Virus record (IMG/VR): IMGVR_UViG_3300030380_002075
Span: 1 to 56,030 of that record
Reading direction: 5' to 3' (one strand)
Source: a virus
Lineage: Duplodnaviria; Caudoviricetes
DNA length: 56,030 nt
A program made the translations under genes and the position numbers. Shown piece by piece: positions 1 to 9,530 of the stretch (its first letter is position 1; each line of letters begins with the position of its first letter). The notes below the pieces were generated by a model that saw nothing but the letters and a program-made list of their open reading frames with translations, was not told the origin of the DNA and searched no databases.

Positions 1-241
1 AGGAACACAATGGAAATCACTACGGAAGTAAAAGTTAAAAGTCCTTACCTGACCTTTGACGGACAGACTGGGACTTACACGTTTAAGGCCGAGCGGGAAT
101 TTAAAGAAGGCAGACTGACTCGAAAGTACCTGACTGCTGACGAAGCGATTTGGCAGGTTCGTAAGTATGAAGCCGCCAAGAAACAGCTATGGCCGAATGA
201 GAAGTTTGTAACTTTCTAAAAAATAAAATCCTGGGATTTAC
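1..241 (+). repeat. Terminal direct repeat, left copy
   Basis: 1-241 matches 55790-56030 with 7 substitutions (positions 51, 55, 57, 61, 138, 150, 190). Confidence 0.95.
10..219 (+). CDS. Small hypothetical protein inside the terminal repeat
   Basis: 69-aa ORF. In the right copy it is preceded by RBS AGGAGG and an extended -10 (TGTTATAAT, 55765-55773). Confidence 0.7.
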   Translation: MEITTEVKVKSPYLTFDGQTGTYTFKAEREFKEGRLTRKYLTADEAIWQVRKYEAAKKQLWPNEKFVTF

Positions 242-246
242 TTTAT

Positions 247-270
247 AAAAAAGCCGCCCCTCGGGGCGGC
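247..270 (-). terminator. Intrinsic terminator after polA
   Basis: GCCGCCCC-GA-GGGGCGGC hairpin followed by T6 on the minus strand. Confidence 0.8.
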
Positions 271-308
271 ATGATGAGAGAATAGTAGTCATGAAAAAAA
301 GCAGTTGC

Positions 309-2201
309 TTACTCTGCTTCTCCCCAACTAGGGCCGATCTCGACATCGCACTTGTTGGGTACCTCTAACGGTACCGCAGATTCCATCACTTTTGCAATTT
401 GCAATGCGTCATTTTTATCTTCTACGGACATCGCCAGTTCGTCGTGAACCTGTATTAACGGCAGTCGTCCCATCTTGTATAAATTAACCATCGCCTGCTT
501 GGTCATATCGGCCGCAGACGCTTGGATCAACCTGTTCAGCGCCTTGTACGTGTACGCTCGTTTTAGCCGCGTCGTATCGCCATATTCCTTCACGGCTTCA
601 CGATAAGGCAAAGCCTTGTTCATAGAGAAGCTGTCTGGCTCCCACAGATCGAACCGACACTTGCGTCCTAGTAGAGATCGGATCGAGCCCGACGCATCTT
701 TCTCGTTCAGCCTGTTCATCACGCCCTGCATCAAACCTTTTACAAACGGCACCCGCTCGTGATACTGGTTAATCAGTTTCTTAGCTTCATCCACTGGAAT
801 ATCTAGCTGGTCGGACAGTTTATTGACTCCCATGCCGTACATCATGCCGAGGTTAATCGTCTTGGCCTGCTTACGGCCGATGTTAGCCATCTCAGCCACC
901 ATCGTATGAAAGTCAGTATCGGGCTCGTCGTTATATCGTTGTACGAAGTCTTTAGCCCCCTGTAGCGGGATCCCTCGTGCTTTGCCGTAGACGTGTGCGT
1001 AGTGAACCAAGATCCGTGGTTCCTGTTGCGAGAAATCTATTGCCGCCCACTGCTCACCCTCTTCCGGCAAAAACAGACTGCGAATCATTGGCCCCAGTTC
1101 TGGGTCGCGAGCCGGTATCTGTTGCAGATTGGGGTTGGCCATCGACAGACGGCCTGAGACTGTTCCGCCGGCATCGGATCGGTTCTGATTGATGTGTCCG
1201 TGAATGCGGCCGTCCTTGCCGCAATATTTTAAAATGTTATTAATAAACGTGCCTGACGTTTTGTTCAGGTTACGTGCTTCGACGATCAGCTTTGCGAAGG
1301 GGTGTTGTTGTTCTGCAAGGAACGTCTTCGTAAACGAAGGCGAGCCTTTCTCCGTTTTAGGATACGCAATCCCGATTTCGTCAAACGCTTTGGATAGTGA
1401 TTGTGCCGCCCAGATTTCAACGTTGAACCCCGCTAGTTTTTTTATTTCTTTATGTACCTTGTTCTCGCGTTTTAGTAACGCGTCACGGGTACGCTCAGTT
1501 TTGTCCATGTCCACCCGCACACCACGGTAGGTCATTTCGATCAGACAAGGCAGTAGGTCAAGTTCCAAGTTAACGATATCCCACAACCCCTCCTTGCCAA
1601 CTTCCACGCTCATGTAATTCCAGAGTTCCAAAGTAAGCTTTGCGTCTACCTCGGCATACGGTCCAACATACATGGCCGGCATCTTCCACATCTCTGCTTT
1701 CGGGTCGAGCCCGAAGGTACGTGCCGCCTCCACCAGATCTTTTTCAGATTTAGTTTTGCCCAATAAATCAAAGGCCAGTGCATTGAGGCTATAGCTGAAC
1801 CTGTTTTCGTCTAACAGACTGCCGATCAGCATGGTGTCGATCAGCCGGCCGTTGAGTATGAATCCTTCGCGCTTGATCCAACCGGCGTCGTACTGCGCGT
1901 TGTGCATAATTTTGTCGCACGGCAGTTCAAAAACCTTCTGTAGCCACTTGCTTACAATTCTTTTGTCTAAGTTACCCCCGCCTTTATGCCCTACAGGAAT
2001 ATAGCCAGACCAGTTCTCGGTCGCGACAGCGTAGCCAACGACTTCACCGTTACCCGTCGCCCAACCCGCACCCATCATTTTAAGATCAGGGTCGCGTGTT
2101 TCTACGTCGATAGCGATCTGCTTGGCAGAACTCAGGTCGGGTAGCTCGGCCGGCGGCACCCACTCAGTCTTTGGCGTAAACATCGCCATTTGTAAGCTCA
2201 T
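309..2201 (-). CDS. polA: DNA polymerase family A (3'-5' exonuclease + polymerase)
   Basis: ExoI DVET, ExoII HNAQYD, GRLSMANPNLQQIP, motif A DFSQQEPRI, motif B RKQAKTINLGMMYG, motif C QVHDEL. Confidence 0.97.
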   Translation of the reverse strand: MSLQMAMFTPKTEWVPPAELPDLSSAKQIAIDVETRDPDLKMMGAGWATGNGEVVGYAVATENWSGYIPVGHKGGGNLDKRIVSKWLQKVFELPCDKIMHNAQYDAGWIKREGFILNGRLIDTMLIGSLLDENRFSYSLNALAFDLLGKTKSEKDLVEAARTFGLDPKAEMWKMPAMYVGPYAEVDAKLTLELWNYMSVEVGKEGLWDIVNLELDLLPCLIEMTYRGVRVDMDKTERTRDALLKRENKVHKEIKKLAGFNVEIWAAQSLSKAFDEIGIAYPKTEKGSPSFTKTFLAEQQHPFAKLIVEARNLNKTSGTFINNILKYCGKDGRIHGHINQNRSDAGGTVSGRLSMANPNLQQIPARDPELGPMIRSLFLPEEGEQWAAIDFSQQEPRILVHYAHVYGKARGIPLQGAKDFVQRYNDEPDTDFHTMVAEMANIGRKQAKTINLGMMYGMGVNKLSDQLDIPVDEAKKLINQYHERVPFVKGLMQGVMNRLNEKDASGSIRSLLGRKCRFDLWEPDSFSMNKALPYREAVKEYGDTTRLKRAYTYKALNRLIQASAADMTKQAMVNLYKMGRLPLIQVHDELAMSVEDKNDALQIAKVMESAVPLEVPNKCDVEIGPSWGEAE

Positions 2202-2497
2202 TCTATGTCCTTCATATCATCGACAGCGTCGAAAAAATTATCTGCAATCTCGCCGCCCAAAGCCGCGTAGCCTGCAATATCTATCCAAGAGTCCTCATGG
2301 TCAGGTACCCGGCACAAGCGGCTCATTTTGACTGCGATCATGCACAGCACCACCTCCTCTGGCCGCACATCAACATCCAAAATTGCTGACCACATACCTG
2401 CAATGCGCTGATGATTGGTGAGCGGATCACCATAAACCTCGTCGCGTATCGCAGAAATCATTTCTTCTGCGTCTCTTAACACCTCTTCGCGGTTCAT
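2198..2497 (-). CDS. DUF6378-like small phage protein
   Basis: YGDP..NHQRIA..WS, KMSR, HEDSWIDIAGYAA pattern; ATGA overlaps with both neighbours. Confidence 0.7.
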   Translation of the reverse strand: MNREEVLRDAEEMISAIRDEVYGDPLTNHQRIAGMWSAILDVDVRPEEVVLCMIAVKMSRLCRVPDHEDSWIDIAGYAALGGEIADNFFDAVDDMKDIE

Positions 2498-4005
2498 AGC
2501 TCGTAACTCCTTGCTACGTCTTCTGGTTCAACAATAAAAAGGTTTTCTCTGGCCCGTGTGACACCCACGTAAAACACGCGATGTAGATCGTCTGGATTGC
2601 TTCGTGCCGCCTTCTCTGCGGCCGGGGATAAATCTGTAAAAAGTACAACGTTATCTGCCTCACCACCCTTTGACCCGTGGATCGTGGACACCGTAATGCG
2701 AGGCTCGCCATTGAACTTCTCACCGCGACGCAGTAACGCAATGATGTACGCACGATCTTGCTCCGGCAGTTTGTCCATTGCGACGTGCCAGATCATTTCT
2801 TTGTCAGCATTCAAGCCGTGATCCGCGATCAGTGTACTGAGGTCAACCAAATCCTCGTCCAGAACCGCAGGCAGTTTCTTAAACCCACGCGTGATGCGAT
2901 CCTTCGCGCTCATAAAACTGTAGATGTTACGCGCTGTCTTGCCTGATACCTCACGGCCTTTGCGTAACGCTTCCCAACCGTTGACGGCGTCAGCTACTTT
3001 TTCAGAAATAGAACGATGCCCGCGATAGTTGAACAGGTAGCCGTTTGACTTGAGGTCTTTAGCTACGGGCGTCAACTGATAGCCGGCCTGCGACAGTATG
3101 AGCCATGAGCCCTCCGCCATGTCTACGCCGTCAATAGTCGATACACGAAGCACCTTGCCGCAATCTGCCTTGGGGTTATACCGTTTAGGAAACCGCCGCG
3201 AGATTCGTTTGCTGATGTTTTCAGCAACGTTATGTACCTCCTGCGGTATTCGGAAGGACGTTTCTAATATCTCAGAGCCACCGTCCAGATTAATGAAGTG
3301 ATCGACGTCGGCCCCTGCCCAACGGTAGATAGCTTGGTCGTCATCCCCCGCGCAGTACATCTTATCGGACATATCGTCAAGAATATGCGCGATGTCCCAT
3401 TGTAGCGGTGACAAGTCCTGCGCCTCGTCGAGAAACGTCAGCTTGAACCTATGCTTGAACGTCGGTGCCTGATGCACAAACAACTCAAGCATATCTGTGA
3501 AATCATGGAGCTTGTACATCTTCTTGTATTTACGCAACGACTCGTCCACATAACGAACGGTGTTCCAGTCTGTCTCCAGTTCGCTCTCGTTATATTGCTG
3601 ACGCAGGTCAACCTTTCGTAGTCGAGCTAAGTTAATCAGCCCGAGCAATGGGTCGGTCGTTTTAGCCAGTTCAATAAAATCATCATCTATCTGGTTTTGC
3701 CCAAACAGTTCTACGCCAATAGCATGACTCAATTCTTTGTAATGCTCGCGTTGCATGATCTGATCCGACTGTATGTCGGTCATGGCTAACGCAAGCGAGT
3801 GAAGCGTCCGAAAGAACATCAAATCCTCCTTGGGGTCGAGCCCAAAGCGATCAGCCGCACGTTCCTTGGCTTCAGTTGCCGCTTTCTTGGTAAACGCTAA
3901 AAAGGCTATTTCCTGTGGCTGTATGCCAGATTCAAACGCCTTGTCTACCATGTTTAGCAGTGTTGTTGTCTTTCCGGTTCCCGGCGGCCCGAATATCCTG
4001 AACAT
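2494..4005 (-). CDS. SF1 UvrD/Rep-like DNA helicase
   Basis: GPPGTGKT, DEAQD, GDDDQAIY, STIHGSKGGEAD, YVGVTRARE. Confidence 0.93.
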   Translation of the reverse strand: MFRIFGPPGTGKTTTLLNMVDKAFESGIQPQEIAFLAFTKKAATEAKERAADRFGLDPKEDLMFFRTLHSLALAMTDIQSDQIMQREHYKELSHAIGVELFGQNQIDDDFIELAKTTDPLLGLINLARLRKVDLRQQYNESELETDWNTVRYVDESLRKYKKMYKLHDFTDMLELFVHQAPTFKHRFKLTFLDEAQDLSPLQWDIAHILDDMSDKMYCAGDDDQAIYRWAGADVDHFINLDGGSEILETSFRIPQEVHNVAENISKRISRRFPKRYNPKADCGKVLRVSTIDGVDMAEGSWLILSQAGYQLTPVAKDLKSNGYLFNYRGHRSISEKVADAVNGWEALRKGREVSGKTARNIYSFMSAKDRITRGFKKLPAVLDEDLVDLSTLIADHGLNADKEMIWHVAMDKLPEQDRAYIIALLRRGEKFNGEPRITVSTIHGSKGGEADNVVLFTDLSPAAEKAARSNPDDLHRVFYVGVTRARENLFIVEPEDVARSYEL

Positions 4006-4156
4006 TCCCGTAGTCCTCTATGTTATTTTCTACTTTTTCAACAATTTGTCGCACGCGCTCTCGAGACAAGCCCATACGTTTCCCTATGGCAACAAAGGTC
4101 ATGTAATACTTCGTTCTCATTTCCCAGATCTGATAATCTCTCTTTTTAATCTTCAT
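3932..4156 (-). CDS. Sigma-70 region 4-like HTH protein
   Basis: MTFVAIGKRMGLSRERVRQI matches the T..EIG...GVTRERIRQI pattern of sigma region 4.2. Confidence 0.75.
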   Translation of the reverse strand: MKIKKRDYQIWEMRTKYYMTFVAIGKRMGLSRERVRQIVEKVENNIEDYGNVQDIRAAGNRKDNNTAKHGRQGV

Positions 4157-4412
4157 TGTGTTCTACCCACTCTTCTAGTCCCTCGATACCCGATACTTTC
4201 TCAAGAAAGATCGGCGTGTATGAGCCTATATAAGCACCCATTACATTAAAATTCATATATTCGATAGCCTCCCAAAGGTCACAGTCTAGGCTTTTCTGCA
4301 AAACCTCTATCGACTTCTGTATGTCATACACCACAACGGTTGGTTCTCCACAACGGTGTGCAACGCCAATGATGGCATCATCAAGCCCATCTGCTTTCAG
4401 CATCTTTGTCAA
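4146..4412 (-). CDS. Conserved phage hypothetical protein
   Basis: ADGLDDAIIG..VVYD..EAIEY..FN..GAY.G..TPIF pattern; coupled to neighbours. Confidence 0.75.
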   Translation of the reverse strand: MTKMLKADGLDDAIIGVAHRCGEPTVVVYDIQKSIEVLQKSLDCDLWEAIEYMNFNVMGAYIGSYTPIFLEKVSGIEGLEEWVEHNED

Positions 4413-5941
4413 AATGGTGTACCCTCTTGATTAAATTTAGGTTTGAGTTCAACGTCTGCCGAATCAAAGCTTGGTATCGCCCACACTCGGACAGCCCGTC
4501 CTTTGATCTTGAGTACAGTGCTTTCGCCGCTTATGTCTCGTAAACGTTGCGCGATCTTATGTGACTTAAATTCAAAAAATTTATTCTTGCGTAGGTGCGC
4601 TTCAAAGTCTCGCAACCGAAAGTACGTGATGTTTGCGTCTTCATCTGTCCAAGGTCGGCGGAGCAAGATCTCTTCTTTGTCCTGCGCTTGTTGTAGGTGA
4701 CGGCAAAACTCTTCCAGATAGTCATAAAACTGTCCTGACGTGGAGGCATCCTGCGATACCTCCATGATGGCGCTCTCGTTGTCTCGCATCTCACCCATTA
4801 GAGTGCTAATCCGGCTCTCCCAATTCTGTTTCGTGGTAGTCCGCGGCATGAAATTAAGCTGTTCCATACACGCTTTTTGAAAAGTTGCTTGCGATAAGAG
4901 CGCGTCAGTATCGAGTTCCAAAGGCTCCCCGTTAATGTCCATAAACCAGACAGGCGGTGTCGAGTTGTATTTGCGGAGATTCGCAATCGCGGCACCCGAC
5001 GCCGCCGTCGCAATACCGAACTTGCGCGTTTGGCAGAGGTCCTTGTTACAATGGGCACAGATCGGCGTGTCTGAACAGCGGTATGCGTAGTCTTTCTTTT
5101 CAAGTTGTTTGGCGACAATGTTGACTTCATTGAGCGGTAAGGGTGGTTCCAGATACTGGGCATTGTACTCAAGAATTTTGCTTTCCCATTCGTCGGGATG
5201 CGCTTTCCGTAAGTAGACCCCCAAATTAAATAGCCCATTATTTCTACCCCCTTCTGATATTTTTTCTTTACACAAATACTGTAAGCACGGCGGTCCATCT
5301 TTAACGATAATACTGGACTCTTCTGACTCTTTGGTTAATGTGTCAATTTGCTCTGGCGTCTGAACGTGCGTGTCATATAGCGAGTAGAATTCTTCAAGCG
5401 TTGCCGAGGTGCCGTCGTCTTGTATTGCGTAGCGTAAGCCGTCCTCTGCGTTGTAATACGGCAGATTTAGAAAGTTACCGATGTCTCCACGATCAAGATG
5501 TAGCTTGACTTGCTTCGGGAAAATTTCACTATTACCGTAGCCAAGCGAGGTCGATATCTTTTGCAGGGTTTCCTGCATTTGTCTCGCTGTAATCCATTCG
5601 GTGACAAACAAAAAACAATGAGCGCCACCAGATTTTGAACGACAGACAACCAACGGTATCCGAGCCTGCCGAATCCGTGTAATTAAATCGGTGTGATCTA
5701 GCGGGTACTGGTCGATGTCTATACAGCCCCATTTGACATGGTTATCCTCGTTAATCGGGATAATCCCAATGCCTTTTCCCTCACCAGACAGATGCCCTTC
5801 CCAAAGATCTGTAGTGCGTGGTTCCCGTATGACTGCCGCTTTACCCGCGTTCTTCCCGTTCTGTGTCTGTTTTTCTATTTTAAACGTGCCGTAAGCCTGC
5901 TGTAGGCCGTCAAAGATGGCACTAAACTTTTCGACTGACAT
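4409..5941 (-). CDS. AEP-family primase / primase-polymerase with PriCT-like domain
   Basis: WGCIDID catalytic DxD, SKSGGAH motif II, PPCL..EGGRNNGLF, Cys cluster. Confidence 0.8.
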   Translation of the reverse strand: MSVEKFSAIFDGLQQAYGTFKIEKQTQNGKNAGKAAVIREPRTTDLWEGHLSGEGKGIGIIPINEDNHVKWGCIDIDQYPLDHTDLITRIRQARIPLVVCRSKSGGAHCFLFVTEWITARQMQETLQKISTSLGYGNSEIFPKQVKLHLDRGDIGNFLNLPYYNAEDGLRYAIQDDGTSATLEEFYSLYDTHVQTPEQIDTLTKESEESSIIVKDGPPCLQYLCKEKISEGGRNNGLFNLGVYLRKAHPDEWESKILEYNAQYLEPPLPLNEVNIVAKQLEKKDYAYRCSDTPICAHCNKDLCQTRKFGIATAASGAAIANLRKYNSTPPVWFMDINGEPLELDTDALLSQATFQKACMEQLNFMPRTTTKQNWESRISTLMGEMRDNESAIMEVSQDASTSGQFYDYLEEFCRHLQQAQDKEEILLRRPWTDEDANITYFRLRDFEAHLRKNKFFEFKSHKIAQRLRDISGESTVLKIKGRAVRVWAIPSFDSADVELKPKFNQEGTPF

Positions 5942-5952
5942 AGTTGGTCCTC

Positions 5953-5979
5953 AAAAACGGGGCACATTGCTGTGCCCCG
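5953..5979 (-). terminator. Terminator or attenuator hairpin between SSB and primase
   Basis: CGGGGCACA-GCAA-TGTGCCCCG followed by T5. Confidence 0.7.
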
Positions 5980-5985
5980 ACTGGC

Positions 5986-6759
5986 TTAAAACGCAGGGTT
6001 ATTAGACTTGTCTTCCTCGTCATCCCCGTGTTTTACAACGACGTCGCCGGCCATAATGCTTTCAGCAAATTGCTTGGCCTGTTGGTATAACGCCGCATCC
6101 TTGACTGGACCTATGCGGGACATTTCCCACCCGTGCCAAGAGCCTTTTGAGTTTTCCTCACTTAACGTTTTGAGGTGATATGTGTGACTGAATCGAGCCG
6201 GTGTGAACGGCCCGTTTGCACCCTGCATTGTGAGAGACGCCACCATTGAGTTCCACTTACGGGACTTCTTCAACTGCGTAGATTTCATTGCGATCAACGC
6301 CGTTTCTGCTGAACCGTCATCGTTAACAATGATTACAAAATGCTGATGCGTTTCTTCGATGTATTCACCGTCGCCGCCGACAACATATTCCTTGTTGTCG
6401 TTTTCATCACGCTTAGTCTCAGGACGTTTTTCCTGTGGCGTGTAAATCGCCTGCGGAGCACCAGTGCCTTGCCCGCGAGGAGCCCACTGAATGAAACGAC
6501 GCTGATACGCGCACGGTATAACGGTGACACCTTCTTTACCGGAATAGACTTGTCCGGAAACGGTGTTCATGATGTCACCTTTACGCCCCGTAAAATCGTC
6601 GTCATCCAGTATTGGATCGAGTGCTGATATAATCTTGAGGAACGGTAGCGCAAGGTCCTCTTGCTCCATCTGCGCTCCAACGCCTGCATCTGCCTCAAAA
6701 ATTGAGGGATCAAACTCGACGACTTCGCCGCCTTTCTTTTCTGCTACTGCTTTTGTCAT
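5986..6759 (-). CDS. Putative ssDNA-binding protein
   Basis: Located in the replication module; acidic C-terminal tail ending in Phe (DDEEDKSNNPAF), as in T7 gp2.5 and SSB. Confidence 0.55.
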   Translation of the reverse strand: MTKAVAEKKGGEVVEFDPSIFEADAGVGAQMEQEDLALPFLKIISALDPILDDDDFTGRKGDIMNTVSGQVYSGKEGVTVIPCAYQRRFIQWAPRGQGTGAPQAIYTPQEKRPETKRDENDNKEYVVGGDGEYIEETHQHFVIIVNDDGSAETALIAMKSTQLKKSRKWNSMVASLTMQGANGPFTPARFSHTYHLKTLSEENSKGSWHGWEMSRIGPVKDAALYQQAKQFAESIMAGDVVVKHGDDEEDKSNNPAF

Positions 6760-7346
6760 TACTTGTTCCTCTTAATAACTGCACGTTGTCCTACCCACGC
6801 GCCGAATAGTTCCATTGGAAAATCATCACCGTTCTCAACTCGCTCTTTTACAAAGGCACGAAGTGTCTGCGGGTGAATCTCTGTTTTCTGCTCTGCCGCG
6901 TAGCCTTGCTGTGACGCAAGAGCTTGGAAAGCAGACGCCATGTCGTCTTCGCCACGGCCGAAAACACATAAGACTTGATTCTTAATGATGTCGTCATAGC
7001 CGTTGTCGCGTAGCCATTCATGGGCGGCGGGTCTGTCGTCTACTCGGATCGAGGCACCATACGTCTGCTTAACAGTAACGTCTGATCCGTCATCGAGTGT
7101 TAACGACTGCATACCCAGTTCCATCAACATGGTCGGTAGGTCTTCATCAGTCATTTTGATGAGAGCTTTCTTTTCTTCTTTGAGCGTCTGTTCCAGACTC
7201 TCAATAAGCTCTTCCTTGGTTTTGATAGCTTTCGCCAAGCCGGCCACAGAACCGAGGCTTTCTTGGTCAAGCTGTTCAAGTGAAGATGAACCAGAATCCT
7301 GCTCCATCAATTTCAGCATTTCTGCCGCTTCGTTTAGTGTACTCAT
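6759..7346 (-). CDS. Conserved replication-module hypothetical protein
   Basis: 195 aa, N-terminal coiled coil, IHPQTLRAFVKE motif, RBS GGAG. Confidence 0.8.
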   Translation of the reverse strand: MSTLNEAAEMLKLMEQDSGSSSLEQLDQESLGSVAGLAKAIKTKEELIESLEQTLKEEKKALIKMTDEDLPTMLMELGMQSLTLDDGSDVTVKQTYGASIRVDDRPAAHEWLRDNGYDDIIKNQVLCVFGRGEDDMASAFQALASQQGYAAEQKTEIHPQTLRAFVKERVENGDDFPMELFGAWVGQRAVIKRNK

Positions 7347-7380
7347 TCGCCATTCTCCGTGTTTAAAGGCACCGTTTGGG

Positions 7381-7425
7381 CCTTGACAGATACAGATATT
7401 ATCCTAGAATAAGCAAGTGTCAAGG
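7381..7425. promoter_or_regulatory. Overlapping divergent sigma70-type promoters
   Basis: Plus strand TTGACA(7383)-N16-TAGAAT; minus strand TTGACA(7423)-N16-TAATAT; flanked by CCTTGACA/TGTCAAGG. Confidence 0.65.
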
Positions 7426-7435
7426 GGAATGTTGC

Positions 7436-8890
7436 ATGAAGTACAAAAATTATGAATTCAAGACTGAGCCGTATGAGCATCAGTTGAAAGCACTAGCAGA
7501 ATCGTGGGACGCGGAGTTCTATGCGTTGTTCATGGAAATGGGAACCGGCAAGTCTAAGGTTGCTATTGATACGATGGGTATGTTGTATGAGAAGGGGCAT
7601 ATCGACTCGGCTCTTATTGTTGCTCCCAAGGGCGTCTACGATAACTGGGTTCAGAAAGAAATCAAGACACACCTACCAGACCGTATAAAAAGAAACGTGA
7701 TCCGTTGGGTGCCGTCATCTGCCAAGAGCTATCAGGCGGAGCTTGCCGAACTTGTTTACAAGCCCTTCGATGGAATCAAGATACTGGTTATTAACGTCGA
7801 GGCGTTTTCTACCCCGCGTGGCACACGTCTGGCCGAAGAGTTCTGCACCAAGAACCCAAACAACATAGTCATTGTTGACGAATCAACGACAATAAAGAAC
7901 CGCAAAGCACAGCGGACAGCGAACATCATGTCGCTGATGAAAAAGAGTAAGTATCGCCGCATCCTGACGGGGTCACCAATCACCAAGTCACCGATGGATT
8001 TATTCAGCCAATGTGCGTTCCTGTCTTCCAAGGCTTTAGGCATAAACTCTTATTACGCATATCAGAACCGCTACGCGGTCGTAGCAAGACGCACGATGGG
8101 TCACAAGACCTTTAACGAGATCACCGGCTACAGGCGCTTAGATGAGCTTAACGCGAAGCTGGACCGGTTTAGTAACCGCGTATTGAAGACTGATTGCTTG
8201 GATCTGCCGGATAAGATCTATCTGCGACGCAACGTGCGGCTCACAGACGAACAGTTGAAAGCGTACAAGCAGATGCAAAAACTTGCGCTTGCCAAGTTGG
8301 AATCAGGTGAGTTATCCACAACAACGTCTGTTTTAACTCAAATCATGAGGTTACAACAGATTTGCTGTGGACATTTACCGGATGACCAAGGCACCCTGCA
8401 TCCGCTGAAGAATAACCGCATGACTGAACTGATGGATGTGATCGAAGAAACATCGGGTAAGGTAATTATCTGGGCTACGTTCACGCATGACCTCAAACAA
8501 ATACAGGCTGAACTAGCGAAGAAGTACGGCGAAGAAAGTGTGCGGATGTACTTTGGTGAAACCGCGCAGGATGATCGGCAGGAAACTGTTGATGCCTTTC
8601 AAGACCCTGACAGTGATCTGCGGTTCTTTGTCGGTCAGCCGCGTACAGGCGGTTACGGTATCACCCTGACTGGTGCGAACACCATGATCTATTACAACAA
8701 CGGGTATGACTTAGAGATACGGTTGCAGTCAGAGGATCGGGCTCATCGGATTGGTCAGACGGCTAACGTTACGTACATCGACATTGTCACGCCTGATACA
8801 GTAGACGACAAAATACTAAGCGCGTTACGTGACAAGATTGATATCGCGGGCGAGGTACTGGGCGAAGATACTAAATCTTGGTTGATTTAA
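7436..8890 (+). CDS. SNF2-family (SF2) helicase
   Basis: EMGTGKS, DEST, LTGSP, GYGITLT, QSEDRAHRIGQ; ATG at 7436 follows AGGGG. Confidence 0.93.
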   Translation: MKYKNYEFKTEPYEHQLKALAESWDAEFYALFMEMGTGKSKVAIDTMGMLYEKGHIDSALIVAPKGVYDNWVQKEIKTHLPDRIKRNVIRWVPSSAKSYQAELAELVYKPFDGIKILVINVEAFSTPRGTRLAEEFCTKNPNNIVIVDESTTIKNRKAQRTANIMSLMKKSKYRRILTGSPITKSPMDLFSQCAFLSSKALGINSYYAYQNRYAVVARRTMGHKTFNEITGYRRLDELNAKLDRFSNRVLKTDCLDLPDKIYLRRNVRLTDEQLKAYKQMQKLALAKLESGELSTTTSVLTQIMRLQQICCGHLPDDQGTLHPLKNNRMTELMDVIEETSGKVIIWATFTHDLKQIQAELAKKYGEESVRMYFGETAQDDRQETVDAFQDPDSDLRFFVGQPRTGGYGITLTGANTMIYYNNGYDLEIRLQSEDRAHRIGQTANVTYIDIVTPDTVDDKILSALRDKIDIAGEVLGEDTKSWLI

Positions 8891-9521
8891 ACATTGCTTG
8901 AGGCAACCCGAGCGATCCGATGCCAGAAGTTACTGATCCCCCTTTCGCGTAAGTTTTGTCGAATTGAATACCAAAACCACCGGGCACTTTACCTACAGAA
9001 AATCCTCCGCCAATTCCTATGCGGCCGTCGCCAAATTGTCCCACGCCTAAAGCTTGATCCCGCGCTTGCTCCGGAGTCACTGCTTGATTCATATTAATCG
9101 CGTTCATCAAAGAACGTTCTCTCGCGCTTAAATCATTAACGTCTGGAATATTAACGTCTGGCATAACATCTACTGCTAAAGCGTCGTAAAGACCACCGGA
9201 GACTGTTGGAGTTGTGACTGAAGCAGGAGTAAATGGCTCTCGTTGTGTTGAAAGGTCAACAACTTCTGGAGTGCCTCGGGAGGATAAGTTGACCTGACCT
9301 TGAAACGGGCGAGAATAATCTTCGACAACAATACCGTTAGGTAGGATCTTTGTGTAGTTTGGAATTCTTTGAACTTCAACAGGTCCTGTATTAAAGTTGA
9401 CCCTGTTTCCTCCACTGTCGATGCGCGTGTTTTGGCCAGCCTTATTTACTTTCGAGCCCTGTCCTACCTGTTGGTTTGAGTAGGCATCGTCTGTTGTAGA
9501 GCCGCTTTTATCTCCAGACAT
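8871..9521 (-). CDS. Hypothetical late protein with C-terminal YAKGG/GIGSL motif
   Basis: Last ORF of the virion operon; overlaps the helicase end convergently by 20 nt. Confidence 0.65.
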   Translation of the reverse strand: MSGDKSGSTTDDAYSNQQVGQGSKVNKAGQNTRIDSGGNRVNFNTGPVEVQRIPNYTKILPNGIVVEDYSRPFQGQVNLSSRGTPEVVDLSTQREPFTPASVTTPTVSGGLYDALAVDVMPDVNIPDVNDLSARERSLMNAINMNQAVTPEQARDQALGVGQFGDGRIGIGGGFSVGKVPGGFGIQFDKTYAKGGSVTSGIGSLGLPQAMFKSTKI

Positions 9522-9530
9522 ATCTAAACC

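Noticed and set aside
1-241. Terminal repeat pair as a DGR template/variable repeat (5 of 7 differences at minus-strand A)
   Set aside because: No reverse transcriptase seen; the changes are mostly ordinary transitions and two are not at A
309-8890. Inteins or introns in polymerase, helicases or primase
   Set aside because: Lengths are normal and no Hint or homing endonuclease motifs are visible
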